This document shows, one piece after another, positions 37,971-48,523 of a stretch of 64,000 nucleotides of DNA (within the stretch, counting starts at the first letter, position 1; every line of letters starts with the position of its first letter). Position numbers and translations under genes: made by a program. This stretch comes from Psammoneis japonica (taxonomy: Eukaryota). The notes beneath the pieces were generated by a model. That model worked only from the letters and a program-made list of their open reading frames with translations, did no database searches and was not told the origin of the DNA. Location of the stretch: positions 260,874 through 324,873 of the forward strand of contig QPGO01000029.1 in the NCBI GenBank assembly GCA_008632985.1, in the 5' to 3' direction.

Positions 37971-39996
37971 ATGAAAACTCAAAGATACAGAACAGCTATC
38001 GCAGTGTGCATCTGCTTGTTCCTCCCATCTGTGATTAGCTCTCCTTTGGTTCTGGACCTCTCTTACAAACAACGGTTGAATGCGGATACTATAGCTAACG
38101 CTATTGGTGATATTGTCTGGAAAGCTACGGATGACGAACGCGACGACGTAGTGGAGGTTGATGTATCATCATCCGTGTTTGGTGATGGAGACATGGAAAA
38201 AGTAGTTGAAACGTTGCTTCCGACAGATACAAAACTACCGCTTGAAGGCCGTCAAATGACATTGCATTTGGCGGCACGAATGAATCAAATGAGCCCTTTC
38301 GGTGTTACTAATATACTGAAAGCCATCACTGTACCGGAGGCGTCAGATAATGATAAGGATGGAGGAGACAGCGAGGAGTCGACAACGTCAGCATCAACTG
38401 ATCGGCCCGCGTGGTACCTACATTCACTAGATGTAGGATGGAACGATCTGAACCCACAAGCTAACGGATCCAAATCCTTTCTGTCTGCTCTTAAAAATGT
38501 TTTGGCTTCTGAGCAATGTCCACGAGTTTTGCGATTAGATCAATGTGGTGTAAGCCCAGCCTGTTGTCGAGCCATTGGGAAGGTATGTTGTTTGACAAAC
38601 CAGGAATCTTTGTGCAGACGCAAAATCTCATATCTGTCTTGCTATCTTGAAAATATCACAGGGAATTATAAATCGTTTTGAGAATCAAAACAAGACAAAA
38701 GACGATAGTCACAATTCGCTTTCGCTTCACTTGTGCGGAAACGAGGCAGTGAGGGATGCCGGTGTGGCTGCAATCGCCGCAGCTCTACGAACCTCAGCAC
38801 TGAGAAACGGCAATCAAGGAGAAAAACCTGGAGGGACAGTTGTGTTTGATGTTTTAGACTTGTCCGCTTGCGGTGTTGGAGATGCTGGTGCAGAAGCCCT
38901 TGCCATGGCATTGGAGACCCACCCTCTTTGTATTCGTCACTTGGATTTGAGTAACAATTGCATATCCGACGAAGGCGCTGCAGTCTTAGCGGATGCACTG
39001 GCAAAAGCTAGCAAGTCCCAGGGTGGTTCAGCATTCTCTCTTGAGAGCTTGGACCTAAGTAACAACAAGGATGTTGGTGACCGTGGAGCGTCAGCGCTAG
39101 CAAAAGCCATTGAGCATGGAAACCTCATGGCTGTATCTCTTCGGAGCTGCCACGTTCGTGCAGACGGCGCAAAGGCCTTTGGTCGAGCGCTTCAAGGGCT
39201 TTCCATACATAACAAAGAAGATATTGGCGATTGCATCCGAAAAGTGGATCTTAGCGGAAATCCCTTGGGTGTTCTCCGTGGCAAGACAAAAGGTGGGGGG
39301 AAGTACTCTGCAACCAAGTTGAAGAGTAAAGCGAGTGCAACAGCGTCGTCCTATATGAGCTTCATCGGCAAGAACATTCGAAGTGGGCTCAAGGATGTCG
39401 GTCTCGGCGTTGGGGGTCCGACTGCAGAAAGCGACGACGATGAAGACGAACGCATGGGGGTGAATGCCGACGATGACGTTGATCCATCAAAAGCTCGATG
39501 TGGAGCAAAGTCTTTTGTAAGTGAAGTGTTTAATGTCGCCGAAGAAATTCAAAAGAAACAAACGTCACAGGTAGACAAGAAGACTGGAACTGTTCGATTG
39601 GAACTTGGACTGAGGCACTGCTTTCTTGACACTGGAGGAGCCGATGGACTTGCAGCGGCGATAATAGAATCGAAAGAAACCTTGGGGATTGAGCTTGACG
39701 TGGACGCGCGAATGAACCATGTTTTGGAATCTGAAATGATTGCTGCGCTCCGAAATGACGATGACTATCGCAGCACTCTTGAGGAAATGGCGGAACGACA
39801 CCTTGACGCCATGGAAAGCTTGCGAATTGCGGAAGAAAGGGCCGCCCAGGCGGCTGCTGCTGCAGCTTCACGTGTGTCCCGACCATGGGATGAGTCGGGA
39901 GAAGACGACGAACGTGGAATATATGGTATCCATGCTTACGACAATGATTACGATTCTGACGCGTTATACGACGAAAATGGTGACTACGACTACTAA
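37971..39996 (+). CDS. Leucine-rich-repeat (RI/NLRC3-type) protein with N-terminal hydrophobic signal, 2 exons: 37971-38582, 38662-39996
   Basis: Repeats LDLSACGVGDAGAEALA, LDLSNNCISDEGAAVLA, LDLSNNKDVGDRGASALA; GTATGT...CACAG intron 38583-38661 keeps the frame. Confidence 0.88.
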
Positions 39997-41080
39997 AGAT
40001 TGTTGTGCCAGCTACCTGTACTAGAGAGGTAGGTAAGGTCGTCTCCTGATGCGGTTACGGCATTCCCAAACCTATTTTAATACCCCTGCCACTGATTAAT
40101 CTTGCGCCTCGGCCGCCAGTATGCCTGCATTGGAAAACGAAGACAACACCAGAGTGTGAGGTCCTTGACAGTCGATAGCATCAGAAAGCAGATTTGATTT
40201 CGTAAGGCCTAAGTTGGTGGTGCATCACATTTCTCGACAGGTGCGCACTGTTAAACATGACTTTGATACTCCTTTCGGAGCATCCAAGTCAGTTCAATAC
40301 AGCGCCTAAATTTCCGTACAGGTCTATGATATGGATGGGATATCATCATTGGCCATTACACTTTCGATTTCGGCTCGAACAACAAGGGACAGCACTCACT
40401 GTTTCTGGTAGTTTTGCATAAACGAATATTCCGCAGAGCTTTTGTAACAATCTGTTTACACGAAACACCGTCAGATCAAACGAGATAGTATCTCTTTCGT
40501 TTTCGGATAAACTAGATGGTAGGCCTTCTGTTGTCGAGAATCTGTTTGAAAGGGGAGAAAACAAAAGTGTGAGGTGCAATCGAGAGCGGTTTTTCGTTGC
40601 CCAACAGAGAACAAAATTTTTCCCTTCAGAAGCTTCAGTTTGATCAAGAATACCGTTGATATTTCATTTGACACGCATGAATGATGATATTTTTGGTAAA
40701 GCGCATGCTCATCTCTAGGGAAGAGTACCTCGGCGTGCCCCGGCCGATTGAATCGCAAAAGCACGGCCATCTTACCGAAAGGACGGGTTCTAGTCCGTCT
40801 GCCAACTCAGTCATGGTCTCATCAGCCTCACAAGATCAAAGGCATGACATCGCCGTAGCGTTTGTTGTCATAATGCTGGACCCGCATCAACTAATTCATC
40901 GTCGGCAGACGCTCATGGTCGCCGCGGCGTTGTTTGTGAGGTGTGAAGTCGTGAAGTCAAAGGTCGGCGGTCGGCGGCTAGACGTTGTTATATGGGTTAT
41001 GAGTTGCTCGATATTCTCGCGCCAAAAGCCGTCCGTGCATCGTACGTCTCTTCCGCATCCCGCCAATTTCTGCATAGGAA

Positions 41081-42430
41081 ATGAAAATGGTGGACGATGG
41101 TGCTGCCGCTGATGAGCTACAAGAAAGACGGCTCGCAGAAGTGCAGTTTGTCGAATCGGCATACAGTCCTGAAGAAGCATGGTGTGATATTCACGAGGGA
41201 TCATCATCGTTACCGATGACGATACATCGAATCTTGTCGTTGAAAAATGAGAGTGACGAGGAATCTGTTCAGATTCAACTAAGTCTAGCCCTGACCTCAA
41301 GCTATCCAGTCGACAGTGCTCTACAAGTGTCTGCAACTGTCTTAGAAGATAAAGGGGAGAGTAACACTTCTCTAATGATGAAAAAGAATGCTTGGGACGC
41401 TCTTCCGAAATTGTTACAAGTGTGTCGAGAAGAAGCCGAGAACAGTGTTGGAGAGGAGGCCGTTTGGAAGGTATTCAACTCTGTAGAAGAATGGGTGCAA
41501 GAGCAATGGCCCTCGTTTTGCAAGAGAGATTGTCAGCCTGATGAAGAGTCACCAACTCAGTCGAAAGAGATCGACAACCAAAGTTGCCACTTGTTGGGAA
41601 GACGACTCATCTACAGTCATCACATTATTGCATCTTCCAAGAGAACCGCTATTCGAGACTTGACAAGTCACTACCGATTGACCGGTTACGTCAAGATTGG
41701 ATGGCCTGGTATTATTTTGATTGAAGGTAGAGAACAGGATTGTCTGGACTTTTACGATGAGATTCGACCCATGTCGTGGCAGTATTTGGTAATTCGAGGC
41801 GAGCAGCAAGAACAAGTAAGCAATGACGATGACTTTGAATCGAAACGCAAGTTCTCGACTTTTGAAGAAGTAAACGACATGTCTGTCTTGGCTCAAAAGT
41901 GTCGAGAAGTCGGATTAGAGGCATTGTTTCGAACCAGCATGAAGAATTATAAAGAAAAGGAGGGAGACGATGATGCTACGAATAACAGCATGTCGGAAGC
42001 TCGATATGGAGCTCTTGTGCTTGTGGATCACATGAACAATGGAAAGAGTTACCGCAAATGGCTACAAAAGACGAGTCGTGAAGTCAATTGCTCTGCAGTT
42101 GTGCGGCAGTGCTTTCCAAATGATAATTATGCAAAGCGACCCATCATTGTTGTCTGTGTGGTCGGAAGTAAAGAGAGTGTCTGTAGCTTCATGAAGAGAT
42201 GGCGAACCAGTCGCGTCGATGTGGATTCCCATGGACGACCGTGCCTCGAACGAAAAATGTCGGTCCTCACAGAAGGAAATGTCACGGGAAAACTGACAGA
42301 ATGTGACTCGGACAAGCTGAAGGTTGAAGAAAACATAAACACAGGCTATGAACAACTCTCGGACCTTATTCATTACCTAGGAGGTCAGGAATGGGTCTCT
42401 GCTTTTGAGGATGCTACGAACATATTATGA
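41081..42430 (+). CDS. RWD-domain protein (RWDD2/DUF1115-like) with an extra RWDD3-like C-terminal domain
   Basis: RWD E....ESAY and YP motifs; RRLIYSHHI, GWPGIILIEG; second module VDHM..GKSY..RTSRVDVDSHGRPCLERKM. Confidence 0.8.
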   Translation: MKMVDDGAAADELQERRLAEVQFVESAYSPEEAWCDIHEGSSSLPMTIHRILSLKNESDEESVQIQLSLALTSSYPVDSALQVSATVLEDKGESNTSLMMKKNAWDALPKLLQVCREEAENSVGEEAVWKVFNSVEEWVQEQWPSFCKRDCQPDEESPTQSKEIDNQSCHLLGRRLIYSHHIIASSKRTAIRDLTSHYRLTGYVKIGWPGIILIEGREQDCLDFYDEIRPMSWQYLVIRGEQQEQVSNDDDFESKRKFSTFEEVNDMSVLAQKCREVGLEALFRTSMKNYKEKEGDDDATNNSMSEARYGALVLVDHMNNGKSYRKWLQKTSREVNCSAVVRQCFPNDNYAKRPIIVVCVVGSKESVCSFMKRWRTSRVDVDSHGRPCLERKMSVLTEGNVTGKLTECDSDKLKVEENINTGYEQLSDLIHYLGGQEWVSAFEDATNIL

Positions 42431-42548
42431 CGCTTCCTTATGGAACGCCCGCACGGACCAAGTCGATTACGTCACGGAACGTCCGAGCAATTAAATTAAG
42501 GTTATGCAGCGGAAACGGGGACAGCCGCGAGAGCGTGTGTGTCGCTTT

Positions 42549-44286
42549 TCAATAGCAGCGAGCGAGCTTAAATTTGCAAAAGTAGCAGTCATTGTCGGGG
42601 CATCCAGTCAAGCACTTTTCCGGGGGAGTATTGTTGTGCTTCATCATATCCCACATGAGTTTCTCCTCTGGGCTCTCTCCAAGAGGCATGCTCTTCCCTC
42701 CGTATTCTGGCGGAATGTTCTCAACCGGAATAAACTCGCTGAGTGCCTCGAATATTTCATCCTTTCCGCGGAGAATTCTGATCTTCTTGAGAGTGTCTTC
42801 GTCCACTAAAGGTTTCAGGACATTGTATACCACTTTGAACCAGGACGGCACGTTAATCACCATCATGATACCCATTCTTTCCGGATAATGCGCACCCGTA
42901 AATTTTGTCGCTTGCTTCACAAAGTCAACCACCTCACCTTTAATTTAGAGCGAGAAGAAGAGAATCAGCCTTCGCTCTGACATCATCGTATGGGATTCTC
43001 CACAGTGGTCTAAACTTACCGGCAAAATCGCGCATGCCCATGCCTTCAAGATCCACGACGAATATCGACTTTCCAGAATCACTTCTCTCAACGTCTGTAA
43101 GATAAAGGTGAAGTTGGTAAGATCTGAAGAATCTCGCTCAGTTTAAACGCCGCATGTTTTCTCATGACTTACGCTGCCACATCGCTTCTGTAACCATTGC
43201 GTAGTGACGAAGAAGAATATCCAGATTGACACCGCCCTCTCGCAAGGCTTGCAAATCCGTCTTTGGAGGGGCTTCGTAGTACACGGGCGAGTTGTCTTTG
43301 CCTCTCAGATGAAAGTAATGGGGATAATGCTGTTTGATCAATGCAAAATGGGGATGCTTTTGCCTCAAAATGTAGTCGATACCTTGCTCCTTCCTCCACT
43401 CGAGCGTTTGCTGAAATCGCTGTTGTCCTACTTCTGGGTCACCCTTCCCGGCAGCTAGAAAACGTGGAGGAAGCTCAGTGGGTGGTGGGGGTGGAGGAGG
43501 GTAATCCAACCCTAGCAACTGCGTCTGTAACGACCTGGTTGAACGCCTCCGAGCTGACATTTTGGGCCTTGCCTCCTCGTTTTCCGATTCTACTTCCTCA
43601 GTATCAAGAAGGGTTTTATTCAACACCTGCTCTCTTGACATGTCAACACGCTCCATCCTGTATAGGCTGCGATCTACAAAAAGCAACGACAAGCACCAAG
43701 AAAATGCCACCAGCACAGGAACCTCGTTCCTCGACACACGATCCCAAGCCAGCAGCGTCGGAATCAATCCGAGCGACAGTGAAAATAGGAACATTTCTTG
43801 CATTGTTGCAGTCGTCTTCTTTTGAGAGATTTTTTGGATTAAAGAAAAAGGGCTTTCCTTTTTGGGGGTTTCGATAGCTTTGGGAGCGACTCCTTTTGTT
43901 GAAACGATCGTTTCTTCCCTTTTCGGCGCTTCTTCTTTTTGTTCTTCCGTTTTCACCTCGGGCGTGTTTGGCTTTTTCCCAGATTTTTTTCTTAACACAA
44001 GCTGTTTTTGCTCTTGAATTTCGTCAACACTATCCCGAGAAGATTCACTGCGACTGACCATTTTCTTCATGGTTCTCTTTGTCGTTTTCATACCGGCAGC
44101 AACAGGTGTAGTAATTGTAACGCCAGCGTTCTTGAAAGCTTTTGCCATGTTGACTGGCGCAAAGCTTGATGCCATAGTCATGGTCCTAGACTTGCTTCTC
44201 CGTACCGATACTTCCTCTTCTTCTTCTTCTTCTGAAGGAGGCGGAGGAGGGATATCTTCTGGCAACGAGTTTGACTTAGCCACCAT
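42549..44286 (-). CDS. CRAL-TRIO (Sec14-like) lipid-binding protein with predicted transmembrane segments, 3 exons: 44286-43173, 43094-43020, 42937-42549
   Basis: TLEWRKE, YPHYFH..GKD..PVYYE, VVDLEGMG, HYPERM..MMVINVPSWF, IPPEYGG; two GTAAGT...AG introns give a continuous frame. Confidence 0.88.
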
Positions 44287-44876
44287 CGTTTTCAAGTAAT
44301 GTTGTAATGTTGCTTGGTGGCGAGCTTCGCGCAAAAATGCAACCAACAATTTCAATTTCGGAATTTCCGTTTGACGTCACAGTACTCTGACGTACGTAGC
44401 AGATACGTAACGCAAGATTGTCTGTCCTTCGTGCCTTCAATTTTGACCATCATCCGTCATCAGGCAGTGCGTGATCATGGTTCTGTACTCTACCGGTAGA
44501 GTCTACTCGATTATCTACAACTGTATTATCTACAGTACTTGTAGTCTCTCTAGCTAGAGAGTACCGTAGGCTGCAGGAACTCCTTTCGAGTTACAACATT
44601 TTCCTTTTGCTATGCTACTGTTAAGCGTGTAGTTTTAGGAGACAGTACCAGTTTCAATTTAGTTACTAAAGAAAATGACCAAAACGTCGGAAAATCATGA
44701 CCAGTTTGACGGACAGCTTTCGAAAAGAGCCTCTAGAGTGTGAGAATTATATTATCTGTAATGAGCGGTCTTTTGAAAAAAAAAAAAAGACTATTTGAAA
44801 TTTGAAACCTAGAGAGAATCGAAGAGAAGAAATCTTATGCTGACAATATGAAATAGGGAAATAGTTTGAAAACTTT

Positions 44877-45878
44877 TTACAGCGTATCCTTTATGAACGT
44901 AAAGGCGGCAGCAGCCCTTTCAGGCATAGATTTCGGCACGTATCCGTCTGTGGATGTGATCATTTTTTCAATGTCGCGGTAGCTTGGTTGTCCATAGTCA
45001 AAAAGACGGCCACCATCACTCTTGTTCAACGGATCGTTCTCCCACTGCGTAGTTTTCGTGTCTTCTACATCTTTGGTTCCAATTTCAACCCAATCAAATT
45101 CATTGTCTTCTATTTCTTTTCTCAAAAAGACTCTCCAAGCGCCCGGATAGCATCGCAAAATACGTACTTGTTCACCCTCTACCATCAGATTCGAACAATA
45201 AAAAGTCGGCTCAAACTTTTCAACATAATTGATTTGTTCCTTGGATCCAAAAAACCCAAAATCAGATCGACGCTTCCACTGAGCATTCACCAAGATTAAA
45301 TTGCGATCGGGACCTACTTGGCTTTCAAGGCCTTGCAACAGCGGTACAGTGTCAGCCGACGGCAGCAAGACTCCACAAGCGTCGTCCTTTGCTTCTTCCG
45401 CTTGAGACAAAACTGCCCGAACGCCGTCGTTGCTGTCCAAAATAGAATCGCTAATTGTTTTTCCTCCAAGAGACTTTAGCATTCTTTCCGTAAAAGGAAA
45501 TGCAGCTTCCATCATTTGACGAGCACCGCCCGGCCAGTCGTCGAGCTCGGTGGCTCCTATGAGAGGCAGCAAGAGGCGAATGCTGTGTCGGTGAATGCCG
45601 TCCCGAGAAGCAAGACGCAGGGCCTCCGAGGCTTGGCGCACCTGGTCATCCACGCTAGTAGGAAACCGTGCCGTCAGTAGCGATTCTAACTTCTCCTCAT
45701 CCGATCCCTCAAGAGCGCGCAGAGAGACTTTTCTTGTGCACGAGGTTGGTCTCAAAGATTTCGAAATTTGTGAGAATTGAAACCCCTGGCCAAACGTTAA
45801 TGCATAGGCATTCAGAAACAACAGAAGAAAAGAAGCGTTAATCAGACTCATGCTTTTAAAAATAGCCTTTATGGTCAT
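44877..45878 (-). CDS. DUF1995-family protein, probably plastid-targeted
   Basis: Signal peptide plus Ser/Arg-rich transit-like segment; FP.S....V.QA, ILVNAQW, RILRCYPGAWRVF, PSY motifs. Confidence 0.75.
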   Translation of the reverse strand: MTIKAIFKSMSLINASFLLLFLNAYALTFGQGFQFSQISKSLRPTSCTRKVSLRALEGSDEEKLESLLTARFPTSVDDQVRQASEALRLASRDGIHRHSIRLLLPLIGATELDDWPGGARQMMEAAFPFTERMLKSLGGKTISDSILDSNDGVRAVLSQAEEAKDDACGVLLPSADTVPLLQGLESQVGPDRNLILVNAQWKRRSDFGFFGSKEQINYVEKFEPTFYCSNLMVEGEQVRILRCYPGAWRVFLRKEIEDNEFDWVEIGTKDVEDTKTTQWENDPLNKSDGGRLFDYGQPSYRDIEKMITSTDGYVPKSMPERAAAAFTFIKDTL

Positions 45879-46986
45879 ATTTCCTTGTGAGAAACAAACC
45901 GACGAAGACGCCTGACAAAGGATGATGTTGTGTGCTGGCGGGACACGTCATGTCTCGTCCGGGACTGAAATGTCAATAAAACGTTACTGAAATGAATAAT
46001 TTTTAATGATGATGTCATCCTCATTTTTTGGCGGGAAGAAAAATCGTGTCGCGTTTTTGAATTTTGAGTTGAATCCCTGGAAGCATACTGTACGGTTCCC
46101 TTGCCTGCACAGTAATGCAAATATCACATCGATACCAGTACAACAAGTCTAAGGCGCTATAGCACAAGCACTAGATTCAATGTTGCAAGCCGATCTAGCT
46201 AGAGCAAAGAGTTTCACAAAGTAAACAATTGATGCGTTCACAAAGAGCGACAATAATGATCACAATGCGACCTCCGGCGCAGAATTCCGCTTTCTCTGAG
46301 AATGAAAGCAGAAATAATAAGACCACTACAGGACCCTATAGCCGCATCAGAAACGCATGGGGTGAATATCCGGAAATCTGAAAAGGGTCGCGCCAAGCGC
46401 CAGTTAGGCCTAGTAACCTATGCAAATGCGAAGACCCAAAACGAGCTTCCTATGGCCATGTTGTTTTGGATTGGTCGAGGGTGTTTCTGGGCCACCCGTT
46501 ATCCAACATTCTGGCAGAAAAGCCTTTGCCCGTCGACAGCGAAATCCTGTTTAGTTGCTTGCAGTTTCTGGGGGTAATATCAGCAAGGTCACCTCAGCAA
46601 AGACAAAACAATTCTTGTGTTAGGAGGTGGTGGAAGGTGGGTGGCAGGGTTGCTCCGAAACTGGTTGAAAGCGGGAGTCGTTTTTTCAAGGAATCGAAAT
46701 CTCGATGGATACAACTCTTTCCATCCATCCCAGTAAAGAAGGATTGTTGCTGTCTTAGTGACGCCCTACTACTACTAGTAGTAGTAGCTAGTTTTAGCGG
46801 ATAAGTTTGTGCTACTATCTCATAGCCGGTAAAACGAACTCAAGAACGGGTTTATTGCCCAATCATCTACAATGTACGGTATGGTTATCCCCTGAGTGAA
46901 AAGTATCGCGTGGCCTTTTCTCACTTCCTCCGCACCCTCACTCACCACACTATTTATACCCGTCTAAATCGCAGCGAAAATTAGAA

Positions 46987-48291
46987 CTAGCCAAACGTAC
47001 GATTTGGTCCATTCATGATCAATGAAGCATTTCCCTTTTCGTCGATGGTCATATGCCCTCGCTTGATGAGCGCTTCACGAACTTTTTCGCGGGGTTTGTT
47101 ACACCACAGTTTATGCCGCTTCCAATCGTTTCGCTGGCACGAGGTGTTGCAATAGAAGGCAACACCACATCGCTTGCAACGGAGCTTGTCTATTGAGACT
47201 TCGGAGCACCATTGACACATGCGCGCACCTATTTCTTCTCGATAAATTGCTTTGCCAGGTTTTGGAGCTTTCTTGGGTGATGGTGCTCCTCGCGGCAATA
47301 GAGGAATGTACAGCACTGCCTCTTCATCCTTGATTCTTCGTCCGCCTAGCATGAACGCCACAGCTCCTTTCTGTTCTCGTACACTGAATCCACAGTAGTC
47401 GTAAAGAAACTCTTTGAACCCCATTGAGTGCCGTGTTCCGTCCTTTTCTTGCCGAATCTCAACTTCAGCGTTAGTAATCTGCGTTGCCTTCACCATGGTG
47501 TGTTTTGGGGGCGCGTCGTTGTTCAAGCACTCGATCGTGAAATTGCATTCAATAAACCTTCGAACATAGTACCACAGTACCTTGGCTAGACCTTCACCAC
47601 GACGCGACTGCTTGACGGCTAGCATTTCAAGGGTAGGTCCCATAGAAGAGTCAAAAGACCCATCCTCGTAAGTCATGAGACAGCGCGCAACTTCTTCGTC
47701 TTCGTGGAAGAGTGTAAATCGCGTTGCGAGCCCATCCTTACTATCATCTGTAGATCCGAATCCAGTAACCGACACAACTCGATAACCATATCCAATGTGC
47801 GTTTCAACTCGATCATGAGGAACATAGCACAACATTCCAGTTACCACCGACCCATCTTTGGTCTCCACCAACTTCTTCATGAGTTCTCTGCCTTCTGCGG
47901 TAGTGGCATGAAACGTTGCAAAGATTCCCACGTTTGGATCGGGAGAGAAGCCCTCACCATGAGGGTCATCCATGAACCCTTCAACTACTGAGTCTTTGGT
48001 CCGCTTGTTAGTGATTTCAAACTTGTACCTTTTATCGTAGTCGTCCGACGATGCCTTTGGAGGGATCTCTCGGTACTTTAGATTCTTGCTTTTCTTGCAA
48101 ATTTTGGTGAAAAGAACCTTCAAAGTCATTCGAGGATCATGGTTGTTCACAACAGCCCACATTGTGGCGTGATTTTGCATAGCTCGGGGATGAGGCGTAC
48201 CGCATTCGCCGTAATCCCAATTGTACGCCCACTCAGACGGCTCACCCACAACATTGTGAATCCAGTCATAGACTAAGTCTTCTCCGTTCAT
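46987..48291 (-). CDS. Protein with GNAT-like acetyltransferase motif and C-terminal MYND zinc finger
   Basis: LEMLAVKQSRRGEGLAKVL (acetyl-CoA motif A-like); CQWC...CKRCGVAFYCNTSCQRNDWKRHKLWC. Confidence 0.82.
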   Translation of the reverse strand: MNGEDLVYDWIHNVVGEPSEWAYNWDYGECGTPHPRAMQNHATMWAVVNNHDPRMTLKVLFTKICKKSKNLKYREIPPKASSDDYDKRYKFEITNKRTKDSVVEGFMDDPHGEGFSPDPNVGIFATFHATTAEGRELMKKLVETKDGSVVTGMLCYVPHDRVETHIGYGYRVVSVTGFGSTDDSKDGLATRFTLFHEDEEVARCLMTYEDGSFDSSMGPTLEMLAVKQSRRGEGLAKVLWYYVRRFIECNFTIECLNNDAPPKHTMVKATQITNAEVEIRQEKDGTRHSMGFKEFLYDYCGFSVREQKGAVAFMLGGRRIKDEEAVLYIPLLPRGAPSPKKAPKPGKAIYREEIGARMCQWCSEVSIDKLRCKRCGVAFYCNTSCQRNDWKRHKLWCNKPREKVREALIKRGHMTIDEKGNASLIMNGPNRTFG

Positions 48292-48523
48292 AGCTCAAGA
48301 AAATGGAAGACACAGGACGAAGACAACACGGTGCTTACTGTACCGGCGCCGATAGGAAAACGAAAGGCGACAAGACACAAGCCGGAGGAACTTTTGACGA
48401 ACTTTTCACCATGGCTTTTGTTTCGTTTCGGGATCAACATCCAACATCGCGCCCGCATCTCGCGCAGCGCCGTTCGTTGTTGGAGAACGCGGCGCGCGGC
48501 TGTGTCGCGTGGAATTGCATCAG

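Noticed and set aside
40000..41080. ORFs 40471-40770 and 40681-41112
   Set aside because: No recognisable motifs or protein-like composition; likely intergenic or promoter sequence.
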